Positions 20,169-30,695 of a stretch of DNA of 64,000 bases are shown piece by piece. Within the stretch, counting starts at the first letter, position 1. Each line of letters begins with the position of its first letter. This stretch comes from Nitrospinales bacterium (GTDB lineage Bacteria; Nitrospinota; Nitrospinia; Nitrospinales; VA-1), in contig CBDCXL010000002.1 of the NCBI GenBank assembly GCA_965223795.1, forward strand, positions 2,336,001-2,400,000, written 5' to 3'. The notes under the pieces were generated by a model. It made no database searches. It saw only the letters and a program-made list of their open reading frames with translations, and was not told the DNA's origin. The position numbers were made by a program, and so were the translations under genes.

Positions 20169-20203
20169 AATGGCTTGTGGGTGTGTCCCATGAGCCATTT
20201 TTT
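20169..20203 (+). terminator. Terminator after tRNA-Lys
   Basis: AATGGCTTGTGGG / CCCATGAGCCATT stem followed by a T-tract. Confidence 0.7.
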
Positions 20204-20680
20204 ATTTAATAAGGCTATAATAAGGTTTGTTCGTGGGTCTCTATCATGGCTCATAGTAGGAACTTCGGACTGGTGATCTAACTATAAAACGTATTGGCAT
20301 TCTTCAAATATGCGAACTCGTTTTCAATTCCTTTGCCTTCTTTGTCATAAATTTGGCTAGTTCCTTATTAAATAAAACTGTCCAAAGGTAATTGTCGGGA
20401 TGATCGAGAAAATTCATTCCTTGATCGAACTGTGTCGATAGAGACTCAGAGGGATTGGACAGTGGCGGCTTGATTAGTTCACAAAAGAAAGAGGGGGGGG
20501 TATGCCCCAAAATCAGGAGTGGATCGTGAGGGTTGGTGGCTCAGAAATTTTTTAATTTTTTTTATTTTTTGACTTTTTGGCCCAGGTGGCATTAGAGATG
20601 AGACTATTTCCAATGGTCTACTTTTGGCGAAGGTGGAGCAGTGGCCGCACGTTGTAGGTTGGTTCCAAGCTCAGGTCTGA

Positions 20681-21012
20681 TGACCTGCCCCTGTTATTTG
20701 TACCAGTTTCTAAGTTAGAGTTTCGACTTTTTGGGGGAGATAGGTTTCCGGAGCTGGAGGCCGGTATCCCAAGGCACTATGAGGTCGAAACCGGTTATAT
20801 TCCACCCGTCATCGCTCGATGAGCACTTGCGCCTCCCGAAGCGTGGTGAAGACTTCTCCATTTAACAGCTCATCTCGGAGCTTTCCATTGAACGATTCAT
20901 TGTAGCCATTCTCCCAGGGGCTGCCTGGTTCGATAAATAAGGTCTGCACTCCCAATCCTTCCAGCCAGGATCGAACTGCTTTTGCAGTGAACTCCGGTCC
21001 ATTGTCCGAACG
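20681..21012 (-). pseudogene. IS3-family transposase C-terminal remnant with terminal IR
   Basis: Minus strand reads [17 protein letters not shown]...[25 protein letters not shown]...IER*RVEYNRFRPHSALGY with an internal stop. IS3-like end TGACCTGCCCC at 20681. Confidence 0.85.
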
Positions 21013-21682
21013 GTTTGAGTGCGAAAGGGAAACTTTTTAATAAAATAATCGACAAAGTCGATTGCGTTTTCCTGCTTTAGTCTTTCGTATATTTTTAAAG
21101 CTCGAACTCGAGCGGCATCATCAACAGCGGTATATTAGAAATGTGTGATCTTTGTGCAATAAGATTAAGGGAAGATGAGGAATTTTACATCTACTTGGAT
21201 GTGATGGCCTGGGACCTGTTTCTCATAACGAACCGTCTGGATTGTGCGCCTTTTGGCATTTTGGGGCAATCGATTGAATCCGTGCCGTTTCAAAGTACGA
21301 TAAACGCCACTTCCAGAAACAGTGATGTCATGGTAACGCTTTAAATACCAAGTAATCCGATCAGGCCCCAAGTGATAGGTTTTTCTGATATGAAGGATCT
21401 TTTCCTCGACTTCAACTGGCATTCGGAGAGTAGGGTTTTCAGGTCAGGGTTTTTTATTAATCAATCCTTCTTCGCCAAATAATTCATAAGCATTTCTCCA
21501 CAGATAAAAAACAGCCCGTAAAATCCCAAAGTAACGGCAGGTTTTTCTGATATTCCCAATCTTCTTGGCATGATTTAGAACCCTAAGCTTCCTTTGAATA
21601 TCTCGCTTGGCTTTGCTCATCCCCATCTCCCCGCTAAATAGTTTCAAATTAACAAAACTGTCTACCGAGGTCGAACATTTCA
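21013..21682 (-). pseudogene. IS481-family transposase remnant (N-terminal part, several in-frame stops)
   Basis: RKLRVLNHAKKIGNIRKTCRYFGI...; RYEKQVPGHHIQVDVKF; YTAVDDAARVRALKIY...[10 protein letters not shown]. Stops interrupt the frame. Confidence 0.85.
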
Positions 21683-21690
21683 TTGTGATA

Positions 21691-23433
21691 CTAGATTTTT
21701 CTTCTATAAACTCCGTAAACTTCCTGCAATGCGCGGGTCCATTCATCGAGGGTCACCTGCTTGACGATCTTTAGCGTGGTTTCAAAAACATTGCCGCCGC
21801 TTTCTGCTACGCGCTTGAGTAAATCGATTTTTTCTTTGACTTCTTTCTGATTTCGATTCTTCTTGAATCGCTTCACATCATCCCGGCGTTTTTGCTTTAA
21901 TTCCCGGGATATTTCGACCCTTGGAATATCCGTATTGTCTTCTCTTCCTTCCATATAACGGTTGACGGCGATGATGGGCCGTTCCCCGGTGCGAACCTGG
22001 TGCTCATACAGTGCCGACGAATTTGCGATCTCATCGCGAAAAAAACCGATGTTTTTTGCTTGCAGGGTGCCTCCGAATTCCTCGATCTGACAAAAGTAAT
22101 CCAGAATTTTATTGATTACCAGAGTATAAATCTGACTCCTTCCCGAACCGTCGCTTAAAAAAGCCATCATGTCCTTCAATCCTCCCATCTCTTCCAGCAG
22201 GATCGCCTGGGCGTCGGAAGCGATGCGCACCGCTCCTTCTGTGGGTGTTGTGACCGGTTCGTCGTAGGAATTGCTGTGCAGTGCCTGCGGATAATTGAGC
22301 AGTGCATAAAACAACTCCAGTGCGGTTCTGGTGATGTTGTTCTGGATTTCCCTTTCGTAGAGACTCCTTCCTGAAGACTGGATGTGCGCTTTCAATTTTT
22401 GTGCGCCGGGGTCGTCCGCTCCATACACATCCCGCATGGCTACCGACCAAACCCTTCTCACCGCACTTAATAGAGCGATGTATTCAATATCGAGCCCGGA
22501 AGTGAAAAAAAAGGGCAGGCGCTTCCCGATGGTGTTGATTTCCATTCCTCTTTGCAGGGCCTGCTCCACATAGACAAACCCGTTGGCCAGAGTGAATGCG
22601 GCCTGCTGTATGGGGGTCGCTCCTTTCTGCTCGATATGGTAGCCGCTGACATTGATGGGGTAATACAAGGGGGCATTGGCTGCACACCATTCGAACATAT
22701 CCATCGCAAGCTCAATGGACTTTTCCAGGGGAAAAAGAAGCTCGTTTTGTGCGTCGTCTTCCTTGCAAGGGTCGGTTTGAGATGTCCCGCGCACCCTTTT
22801 TAAATTCTGTCCCTTCTCATTCGCGGCCTGAAGCCGGGCCGCGGTCATCCAAAGCGAGGGACCGTTGATCGTCATCGAAATGCTGACATCGTCTTCAAAA
22901 AAACCATCATACAATTCCAGCATATCCTGGTAAGTGGTCACGGAAACCCCGCCTTCACCCACATCCAGGAAATAGTCCGGATCGTCCGCTCCTCTTCCGA
23001 GAAGCGTATTTGTGTCGAATGCGGTGCTCAGCCGTCGGGAGGACTGCCGCTGGACTATGTATTTGAAGCGCTCGTTCGTCATTTCTGGAGAACCCAGACC
23101 GGCGAATATACGGGTGGGCTCTTCGTGCTCCCTTTTTCCATCGATGATCAGGTAGGCCGTCGGGTAGATGGACAGGCCGTAAGGAAATTCGCCCGGAAAC
23201 CCCCATTCTCCCTGGTAGCGCGCGATTTGCGAGGGATGGTCGATCCTGGGAACGGCGATGGAAGGGATGTGAAGGCCTGTCGGCAACGGATGGGACTGCA
23301 ATCTCTTCAGTTTTTCCTTCCATTGTGATTGCAGCTCTTGTTGATAAGCCGGATCGCGTTTTGCCTTTTCAACGGAGTCTTCCACCGATTGGCGGTACTG
23401 TTCGTTCGCGCGAACGATATCAGTGAGGGACAT
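21691..23433 (-). CDS. B12-dependent acyl-CoA mutase substrate-binding subunit, isobutyryl-CoA mutase (IcmF C-terminal half) type
   Basis: PGEFPY, EEPTRIFAG (Phe at the MCM Tyr89 position), RLSTAFD, SMTINGP, KEDDAQN (Gln at the MCM Arg207 position), SGYHI, HIQSSGRSL, LHSNSYDE. Confidence 0.88.
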   Translation of the reverse strand: MSLTDIVRANEQYRQSVEDSVEKAKRDPAYQQELQSQWKEKLKRLQSHPLPTGLHIPSIAVPRIDHPSQIARYQGEWGFPGEFPYGLSIYPTAYLIIDGKREHEEPTRIFAGLGSPEMTNERFKYIVQRQSSRRLSTAFDTNTLLGRGADDPDYFLDVGEGGVSVTTYQDMLELYDGFFEDDVSISMTINGPSLWMTAARLQAANEKGQNLKRVRGTSQTDPCKEDDAQNELLFPLEKSIELAMDMFEWCAANAPLYYPINVSGYHIEQKGATPIQQAAFTLANGFVYVEQALQRGMEINTIGKRLPFFFTSGLDIEYIALLSAVRRVWSVAMRDVYGADDPGAQKLKAHIQSSGRSLYEREIQNNITRTALELFYALLNYPQALHSNSYDEPVTTPTEGAVRIASDAQAILLEEMGGLKDMMAFLSDGSGRSQIYTLVINKILDYFCQIEEFGGTLQAKNIGFFRDEIANSSALYEHQVRTGERPIIAVNRYMEGREDNTDIPRVEISRELKQKRRDDVKRFKKNRNQKEVKEKIDLLKRVAESGGNVFETTLKIVKQVTLDEWTRALQEVYGVYRRKI

Positions 23434-24685
23434 GTTCGGGCTCCATCAGGACCTGATACAACGCATCGACACCGGCATTTCTGTGTTCGATTGCGGTCGT
23501 GAGAAACAATCGGTCGCGGTTCACTTTTTTTCTCAGCAAACCGCTCACATGACGTGAACCCCAAAGCTCACTTTTATTCAACACAACGATAACCCCAGGC
23601 AGGTTCAACATTTCTTCCTTCTCGATTTGTAGAGCGCCGCCGATGTCCGGGGTGGCGACAAACACCGCCTGATCCACAAGGTCCACAATCCCGCTGTCCG
23701 GCTGCCCGATGCCGTAAGTCTCCACGATCACGTCGAAACCCGCGGCTTTGAGGATCTTGAGAACGTCGGGAAGTGCACGTGCGATCCCGTTTCCGTAGCC
23801 GCGGGAAGCCATGCTTCTAACGAAGACCCTGCTTGTGTCCACCCAGTTCTTATCGGTGGCATACATGTAAGCGATTCGATCGGCCAGCAAAGCACCGCCT
23901 GTGCTTCCTGAACTGGGATCGATCGCGACCAGAGCCAGCTTTCTTTTTTCTGTGCGCGGATCCTTGAAATACCGCAGTACCAGCTCATCGGTTAAAGTGC
24001 TTTTTCCCGATCCCCCTCGTCCAGCAATACCGATCACCGGGTGAGGGTTTCTCGAAGGCTGTAACCTGTCAAGGCAATCCTGGAAATAACGGCACCGTTC
24101 CAGAATTTCCTTTCTTTGCAAGCCGGACGAAGACAGATCGGTTTTTTCATTGCTATCACCCTCCTTCAGCAAGGACTCCAACCGGCTTTTTTCCTCCACG
24201 AGGTTGATCCAGCCGGAAACAGCCAAAGCATCTCCCTCCCGGACCGGATCCAGGAGATCCAGAGGATTCTCCGGAACCATGGAATAATCGTAATTTTCCT
24301 GAACGAAGGAAACGATTTCCTGGGATTCATCGCTGCGGAAAATTTTATCGATTCCCGATACTTTTTCCAGGACGGCAATGTCCTTTGGAGTGATCGTCGC
24401 TCCTCCTCCTCCTATCAAATGCACACTGGGATAATTTCGCTGTTTTAGTTTGTCCACGACCGCCTTGAAAAAGGGCACGTGGCCGCCGTTGTAGGAACTG
24501 ATTCCGGCGAAATGGATTCCTTCCTGGATGATGCCATCGACAAATTTATCAACCGTCAAGTCATATCCACCCAGGATGACTTCCACGCCTCCTTTTTTCA
24601 GGATGTCCGCAACGATCAAAATGGGCGCGTCATGTCCATCATTGCTCTTGACACCGATGAAACCTCGGATCTTGTTCTTTGGCAT
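23420..24685 (-). CDS. Cobalamin-binding domain fused to a MeaB/MeaI GTPase (IcmF N-terminal half)
   Basis: NDGHDA (B12 His ligand, IcmF-like), SSYNGGH, GGGG; then P-loop GRGGSGKST, DPSS, GGALLADR, RSMASRG, ETYGIGQ, NKSE. Confidence 0.9.
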   Translation of the reverse strand: MPKNKIRGFIGVKSNDGHDAPILIVADILKKGGVEVILGGYDLTVDKFVDGIIQEGIHFAGISSYNGGHVPFFKAVVDKLKQRNYPSVHLIGGGGATITPKDIAVLEKVSGIDKIFRSDESQEIVSFVQENYDYSMVPENPLDLLDPVREGDALAVSGWINLVEEKSRLESLLKEGDSNEKTDLSSSGLQRKEILERCRYFQDCLDRLQPSRNPHPVIGIAGRGGSGKSTLTDELVLRYFKDPRTEKRKLALVAIDPSSGSTGGALLADRIAYMYATDKNWVDTSRVFVRSMASRGYGNGIARALPDVLKILKAAGFDVIVETYGIGQPDSGIVDLVDQAVFVATPDIGGALQIEKEEMLNLPGVIVVLNKSELWGSRHVSGLLRKKVNRDRLFLTTAIEHRNAGVDALYQVLMEPEHVPH

Positions 24686-24748
24686 AGGGTAAGTTTTGTT
24701 GCGAACCTGGTGCGAGTGAGTGAATCACACACTCGACTTCAGCCTGCT

Positions 24749-25948
24749 TCAACGCTTGTCCAAAGAGACGTAGGTCCTCATGTCCTCGGCCCGGATTCCG
24801 TTGTACTGCTGTGCAGGCCGGAAAAGAGGACCACGGTTTTTTCTTTGCCTTGCGTTGTTGGCGACCCAGCCGAAATGGCGGGTGGACTGAAATATCGGTG
24901 TGTTGAGTATTTTGGGAATGCCGATCACCTTGTACAACAGACTGATCGGCAAGTCGGCATTGGGGGTTCGATCCTTTTCATTCAGCATGATTTCGCTGAT
25001 GATGTCGTAAATTTCGAAATACCGGCTCATCCCTCTTTTTTCAGCTAACGGCCTGGCAATGGACTCTGCAATTTTCACACGGGATTCCACTTTATTTTTA
25101 TAGTGCTTCAATCGATGGCCGAAACCGGCAATGACTTCCTTTTGCTTCAGTTTGTTGAAGATGTAATCCCTGGCTCTTTGCGGAGTCTCAATTTCGTCGA
25201 AAAGATCCGCCACCCTTTCGTTGGCTCCGCCATGCAGCACTCCTTTCAGGGAGACGGCGCCTGCAAGGAGAGGTGAATAGGGATCGGTGCCCGCAGACTC
25301 CGCCACCAAAGAAGTGAACGTGGAACAGTTGAGAGTGTGATCCAGATAAAGTATCAGTGTGACGTTCAGAGCATGGGCGATTTCCTCTTCCGGTTCGATT
25401 CCGATCATGTGAAGAAAATTGGCGGCGTAGTTCAGGGAAGGATCCGGAGGGATGATGGATTTTCCATGAATCATCCTGTATCCATTCGCGACGATGACCG
25501 GAATTTTCGCTCCCATACGGACTCCCGATTGCACGATCAGATCCGCCACACGGTCCGCTTCTTCCTTGGGTTTTTGCCATAAAGGATTGTGGTAATCCCG
25601 ATCAAACATGCGGGCAAACGAAAGTGTGGTCAAAAGATAATCCATCATTTGAACGTCCGAAGGATAGGTCCGCATGTGAGTAAGGATTCTTTCATCCAGT
25701 GTTTCGTGCGCCTTGAGTTGGGTGGTGAATTCACTGAGCTGACGTTTATCGGGCAACGCATCCTGCAAGAGGAGATACACGCTTTCTTCGAATAAACCTT
25801 TCACCAGGTCGAAAATGCTGTATCCCTTATAAAGAAGAAGGGGATCCCCGTCAGCGCCCAAAGTGGTTAAAGAAATATCAGAGGAACAGACGGGAACGCC
25901 GTCCAATCCGGTGTCTACTGTGTTAATGACTTCGCTGGTCTGGCTCAT
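24749..25948 (-). CDS. prpC: 2-methylcitrate synthase / citrate synthase
   Basis: GLDGV, LLYKGY, DHTLNCSTF, LHGGAN, GFGHR, NAD. In an operon with prpB and prpD. Confidence 0.8.
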   Translation of the reverse strand: MSQTSEVINTVDTGLDGVPVCSSDISLTTLGADGDPLLLYKGYSIFDLVKGLFEESVYLLLQDALPDKRQLSEFTTQLKAHETLDERILTHMRTYPSDVQMMDYLLTTLSFARMFDRDYHNPLWQKPKEEADRVADLIVQSGVRMGAKIPVIVANGYRMIHGKSIIPPDPSLNYAANFLHMIGIEPEEEIAHALNVTLILYLDHTLNCSTFTSLVAESAGTDPYSPLLAGAVSLKGVLHGGANERVADLFDEIETPQRARDYIFNKLKQKEVIAGFGHRLKHYKNKVESRVKIAESIARPLAEKRGMSRYFEIYDIISEIMLNEKDRTPNADLPISLLYKVIGIPKILNTPIFQSTRHFGWVANNARQRKNRGPLFRPAQQYNGIRAEDMRTYVSLDKR

Positions 25949-26780
25949 AGTTGAGAAATTTCTGGATGGCTTTCCGGTCCATCATCTTGTGCACGCAGTG
26001 TTCCTGGCTGCCATCCTGTTTCAGTTTTGAAAGCAGGGTTCCTGTTTGCCCTGCCAGATACCTGAATAAGGAAACCGGAAAAATAACGATATTGAAACCG
26101 AATTTCCAGAACTCACTGGCTTTGATGAAAGGCGTGTTGCCAAATTCGGTCATATTGGCGAGCAGGTAGCCCGGCACTTCTTTGCCGTAGCGTTCGAATT
26201 CCTCCCTGCTTTGCAGCGCCTCGGGAAAAATCACATCCGCCCCTGCTTCTCGATAGAGGTTTCCGCGATAAATCGCTTCCTGCAGTTGATCGTCGCCATT
26301 CACGTTGTAGGCGCCTCGCGCATCGGTTCTCGCGATCACCATGAACTCCGGATCGAATTTTTCCCGGGCGGCACACGCCCGTTTTATCTTGGCGATCATT
26401 GCCTCTCTGGAAACGATTTCCTTACCAGCAAGGTGGCCGCAGCGTTTCGGAAATGTCTGGTCTTCAATGTGCAAAGCGGCAAATCCTGCTTGTATGTATT
26501 TTTCGATGGTCTCCTCCATGTTCTGGAAACCCGTATCCGCATCGCAGATAACCGGGATGTCCACCGCCTTTACGATCCATCGTCCCAGGTAAACAAAATC
26601 CTCCAGTCCCAAGGTTCCGTCATCGGGAACGGCCATGCTGCCGGAAAGCCCCGCTCCGGAAATATAGACTCCCGGAAATCCCGCCTCCTCGACCTGTCTG
26701 GCCACGAAGGGATTGAAGACGCCGGGAAAAACCAATCCCGGTTCATTTTCCAGCAATTGCCTGAGACGGTTGCCGGCCAT
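25923..26780 (-). CDS. prpB: 2-methylisocitrate lyase
   Basis: DADTGF, HIEDQ, KRCGH catalytic motif, IARTDA, LANMTEFG.TP. Confidence 0.92.
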   Translation of the reverse strand: MAGNRLRQLLENEPGLVFPGVFNPFVARQVEEAGFPGVYISGAGLSGSMAVPDDGTLGLEDFVYLGRWIVKAVDIPVICDADTGFQNMEETIEKYIQAGFAALHIEDQTFPKRCGHLAGKEIVSREAMIAKIKRACAAREKFDPEFMVIARTDARGAYNVNGDDQLQEAIYRGNLYREAGADVIFPEALQSREEFERYGKEVPGYLLANMTEFGNTPFIKASEFWKFGFNIVIFPVSLFRYLAGQTGTLLSKLKQDGSQEHCVHKMMDRKAIQKFLNYEPDQRSH

Positions 26781-26781
26781 G

Positions 26782-28158
26782 TCATGTCACCTTGAAGATT
26801 TGCATCATGGCACCGAGATCCGAAACACGTTCGAGGTTCCACACATCATCGATCACTCGATCCTGCCTGGATTTTGCCAATAATCCCGCACAGGCAGACC
26901 GGAATTTATCCTCAATCTCTTCCCGGCTCAGAGGATTGTTGGGATGTCCTTTTGGATCCAGGATCTCCTTTTCAAAGACCTTCCCATCCCGCATCGTGAT
27001 AAAAACCTTATTGGGAAACGATCTTCCATAAATATGGGTGTATTTCTTGTTTTCCGCAACCGTCACCCTTTGAACGAGGTCCAAGAGTTCAGGGTTTTGC
27101 AGATGCTCTGCGTCGAACTGTCCGAGTGTGATCTCTCCATCCATCAACGCCGCCACCACGATGTAGGGAAGGCTATGGTCCGCGGTTTCCTTGGTTTTCG
27201 GGGTCCATTTGGCGGGCTCTTTGCCGATGATTTCGTAAGAATGAAAACTCGTCTCCACATGGATTTTCTCGATAGATTTTAAGTTTTCCGGCCCGATCCG
27301 ATCGCGCAGGTCCAGTGCCGCCCAGATGGCGCTTTGCGAGTGGTACTCGGCAGGGAAGTATTTGATGTAGGTCTCCACGATCTTGAATGGAGTGGTTCCC
27401 TGTCCGCCAAATTCTGCGGCAAGATCGAATTCACCCTGTGTGATCTGATGGATCAAACCATGTTTGCCGGCGATGATTTCGCTGGGCCCGTCAAAACCGT
27501 GCTTCACATAAAGAGCCGCTCGAATGGCATTCTGACAGGCCTGGGCGTAGGCCGCAGCCTTCCATTGGGAGATCGTTCCGATACGGGTTTGTCTCAGATA
27601 ATTCCCTGTGGTGACTGCGATGGCCAGGCAATCCCGGATCTGCTCCCTGGAAAAACCCATGAGTTTTGCGGCCGCCGCGCTGCTGGCGATAGAACCGTAG
27701 GTCACATGGTCCCATCCCTTTTTTCTGATGGCGGCAGCATCGCACAGCCGGCAATGCAATTCGTAGGTGAGCACCGTGGCGAGAATGAGGTCTTTGCCGT
27801 TTTTATCTTCCGCCTCGGCAACGCAAAGACAGGCGGGCAGGTTGTCGCTGGGGTGAGCGGGTTCCCGATTGAGGTAGGTGTCGTTCCAGTCGAGGGCGCG
27901 AATCAGGGTTCCCAGATACACCGCAGCGTAGTCGATCGGAGCTTTGTGCTTGGTGCCTAAAACCGTGGCGCCGTAGGCGGCGGTCGCCTGCGTGGCAAAA
28001 TTTCTCATGGCGGCTGCGGGAGGAGAGTTGTAAGCCGCCAGGGAAGTGGCAAAGCTGTCCAGGTAGCGTTCTTTAACGGCCTGGATCGCTTCGTCGGTCA
28101 GTTTTTCATAGCTCAGGGTGGCGACATACTCGCTGATCTGTTGTTCGAATTTATCCAT
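26782..28158 (-). CDS. prpD: 2-methylcitrate dehydratase (MmgE/PrpD)
   Basis: LDWNDTY..EPAHPSDN, GWDH, KYFPAEYH.Q, ETADHSLPY. Start at the ATG at 28158 with SD GAGGAG. Confidence 0.92.
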   Translation of the reverse strand: MDKFEQQISEYVATLSYEKLTDEAIQAVKERYLDSFATSLAAYNSPPAAAMRNFATQATAAYGATVLGTKHKAPIDYAAVYLGTLIRALDWNDTYLNREPAHPSDNLPACLCVAEAEDKNGKDLILATVLTYELHCRLCDAAAIRKKGWDHVTYGSIASSAAAAKLMGFSREQIRDCLAIAVTTGNYLRQTRIGTISQWKAAAYAQACQNAIRAALYVKHGFDGPSEIIAGKHGLIHQITQGEFDLAAEFGGQGTTPFKIVETYIKYFPAEYHSQSAIWAALDLRDRIGPENLKSIEKIHVETSFHSYEIIGKEPAKWTPKTKETADHSLPYIVVAALMDGEITLGQFDAEHLQNPELLDLVQRVTVAENKKYTHIYGRSFPNKVFITMRDGKVFEKEILDPKGHPNNPLSREEIEDKFRSACAGLLAKSRQDRVIDDVWNLERVSDLGAMMQIFKVT

Positions 28159-28476
28159 GGAATGCTCCTCAAAGCATCTCTTATTATTATAAATCCAATG
28201 AATTACAAGGAGGGCAGTTATTTTCACCCGGCAAAGGAAATCCACCGCGGACGAAACCAAATGAAAACGACAAGCCCTCCATGAGTTCGCGTTCCTTTGA
28301 AAAATCATAAATTATGGAATGTCTTTAAAAAAAGCGAGATCGAAAGCGAGTGTTCCGGGTCTGCCTGGATTTATAATAAAATGGGTGTGCGAAGTTGTTG
28401 TTGCAACCGTTGAGTTGGGCAAATACGGGCATTATTTTGACATCCTTTTTGCCTCTTCCTTTCAGGAGGTGGTTTC

Positions 28477-30429
28477 ATGGCACTCGATTACCGGGTCTTC
28501 AAATCCTCCGAGCCGTCCGCCGACAGCGATAAACGACAAAATTATTTCGATTTCAATCCTCATCTTGCCTATTTGATTCGAAGAGCGAGCACGGGAGATC
28601 CTGAACTCGTGCAGGATATTCTGAAAATGATCGGAGAGTTGAGCGCTCAGCATCTCGCGCCCAGGGCAGACGCAAACGACAAGGCAGGATGCCGCCTGAA
28701 ATGGCACGTCGGAGATGTCGCTTTATCGCAATCTGAATTTAAAAAATTCAATGAACTGAAAGGAACAGCGGAATACCGCCCTGAGGAACCTGCCAGCGCC
28801 GTGGACAAGGCGCTGCAGGCCGCGAGTGCCGATCCCGAAATCCCGATCTATTCGGATGTCGTTTTGCCGCCCGGGGCTGTAGAGCAAATGAATCTGCTGC
28901 GAGAGCACGATCTGATCGGGATTGCCCTGCCTGAAACTTATGGTGGTACTTCTCTGTCACACATGGTCAACGGAGCCGCCCTGCTTTTTTATTCTCAGGC
29001 GGACGCCGCCTTGCTGCTGCGGGTCATGCTGACAGAAGGCGTCGCGGAGCTCATAGAGCATTTTGCCGACGACGCGTTGAAAGATAAATACCTGCCGTTG
29101 CTCTGCTCTGGCGATCCCGGGAATCATCACATCGGAGCGATGCTGATCACGGAACCCGATGCGGGATCGGATTTGCGGGGGATTGCGGTGAAAGCGGTTA
29201 AAAAAGACGGCCGTTATTTCATTGGCGGCCGAAAAATATTCATCACCAATCCCGATGCGGATGTTTCGATCGTCCTGGCCCGCATGGACGGGGCCGCGCA
29301 CGCGTCCCTGGAAGGGTTGAGTCTATTTCTGGTTCCCAAATTCATTGTGGACGAAACAGAAAACCGAAAAAGAAATCGAATCCTCATCGAAAACCTGGAG
29401 GAAAAGCTAGGCATTCACGCCTCGCCCACGGGCTCCGTCTTTTTTAAGGGGGCGCACGCGCATCTGATCGGAAGGGAAGGCGAGGGGCTCAAGCAGATGT
29501 TGTATCTGATGAACAAATCCAGATTGGGAATCGGCATTCAAGGGCTCGGGATCGCGGAACGCGCCTTCCTGGAGTCGGCGGTGTTCTGCACGGAAAGAAA
29601 GCAGTTCGGAAAGATCCTTGCGGAACTTCCCTTGATGCAGGAAATCCTCGCAAGCATGCGGATTGAAATCGAAGGTGCCACCAGTTTTATCTTCAAGGCT
29701 TACGACTGCATCGATCGATATTTCGCCTTGAACAATGACAATCAAGAAACAGATTCCATCACACCAGAGAATGGAGAACTCCGGTATTACCAAAAGTTGA
29801 TTCGAATATTGACGCCCCTGGCGAAATATCACGGATCCCGGCTCGGTGTTTCGATGGCGGACCGGGCCGTGAGCAATTTTGGCGGCTACGGCTATATCAA
29901 CGAATTTAAGGTGGAGCGCCTGATCCGGGATGCCAAAATCGCAACCATTTACGAGGGAACCAACAACATGATGGTTCTGGATGTTCAACGGTCCATCGTC
30001 AAAGAGGGGACTCTGGAGGTCCTGATCGAGGATATGCAAGCCAATCTGAAAAACGTGAAGGAGGATCTTTTACTGCCTTCTAAAGAACTCACGAATCGAT
30101 GTGTTTCTCAATTGCACGCTGTCCGCAAAACCATCATGCGATCCCCGGAATCTGACATTGCCGCGCAAGTGGAAGCGCGTAAATTCGCGGAATTTTTGAT
30201 CCACGTTTATCAGGCAGGCCTGATGCTCGAAGAAGCGCAGCATCAAATGGACAGTGAGGGAGACTTGCGAAAAGCGGTGATGGCCATAAAATTCAGCAAC
30301 GACACCTTGTTGCCGCCGGGCGAGCGCATCACCGCAAAGAACCTGTCGGTAAAGTTTTTCAATTCGATTTTCTATCACCAGAAATTGAGCTATACGGACT
30401 ATCAATCCGCCGTTGCTTGCAAGGCGTAA
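28477..30429 (+). CDS. Acyl-CoA dehydrogenase (long form)
   Basis: MLITEPDAGSDL, GRKIFIT, EEKLGIHASPT, RKQFGK, FGGYGY..EF.VER..RDA.I..IYEGT. Strong SD AGGAGG. Confidence 0.93.
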   Translation: MALDYRVFKSSEPSADSDKRQNYFDFNPHLAYLIRRASTGDPELVQDILKMIGELSAQHLAPRADANDKAGCRLKWHVGDVALSQSEFKKFNELKGTAEYRPEEPASAVDKALQAASADPEIPIYSDVVLPPGAVEQMNLLREHDLIGIALPETYGGTSLSHMVNGAALLFYSQADAALLLRVMLTEGVAELIEHFADDALKDKYLPLLCSGDPGNHHIGAMLITEPDAGSDLRGIAVKAVKKDGRYFIGGRKIFITNPDADVSIVLARMDGAAHASLEGLSLFLVPKFIVDETENRKRNRILIENLEEKLGIHASPTGSVFFKGAHAHLIGREGEGLKQMLYLMNKSRLGIGIQGLGIAERAFLESAVFCTERKQFGKILAELPLMQEILASMRIEIEGATSFIFKAYDCIDRYFALNNDNQETDSITPENGELRYYQKLIRILTPLAKYHGSRLGVSMADRAVSNFGGYGYINEFKVERLIRDAKIATIYEGTNNMMVLDVQRSIVKEGTLEVLIEDMQANLKNVKEDLLLPSKELTNRCVSQLHAVRKTIMRSPESDIAAQVEARKFAEFLIHVYQAGLMLEEAQHQMDSEGDLRKAVMAIKFSNDTLLPPGERITAKNLSVKFFNSIFYHQKLSYTDYQSAVACKA

Positions 30430-30695
30430 TAAAAGCTTTCAACTTCTAGCTGTTGTTATATTTGAACGAAAGTGAATAAACTCAGAGCTCATCGTTCCGC
30501 TCTGAAATAGAGAGGTCGAACCAGGTCGTGTTTGCACTTAAAACGCTTCTAATCCCGCCCCTAAACCAAATGGTTGACCTCACGGCAATGCGATTGATAA
30601 GTATGGGGTTATAGCGATATTCGGGTATTGCCAAATCGGCTGGAAAGTGTATATTGGAAAGAGGGAGGGGAATGGATTCGCACCGGGAGTTTTCC

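Noticed and set aside
20304..20510. 68-aa ORF after the tRNA
   Set aside because: No motif or clear SD; possibly gene debris, but it cannot be supported.
28159..28476. Cobalamin riboswitch upstream of the prp-mutase operon
   Set aside because: No recognisable B12-box or GGGAA/GCCACTG core by eye. A cmscan would be decisive.
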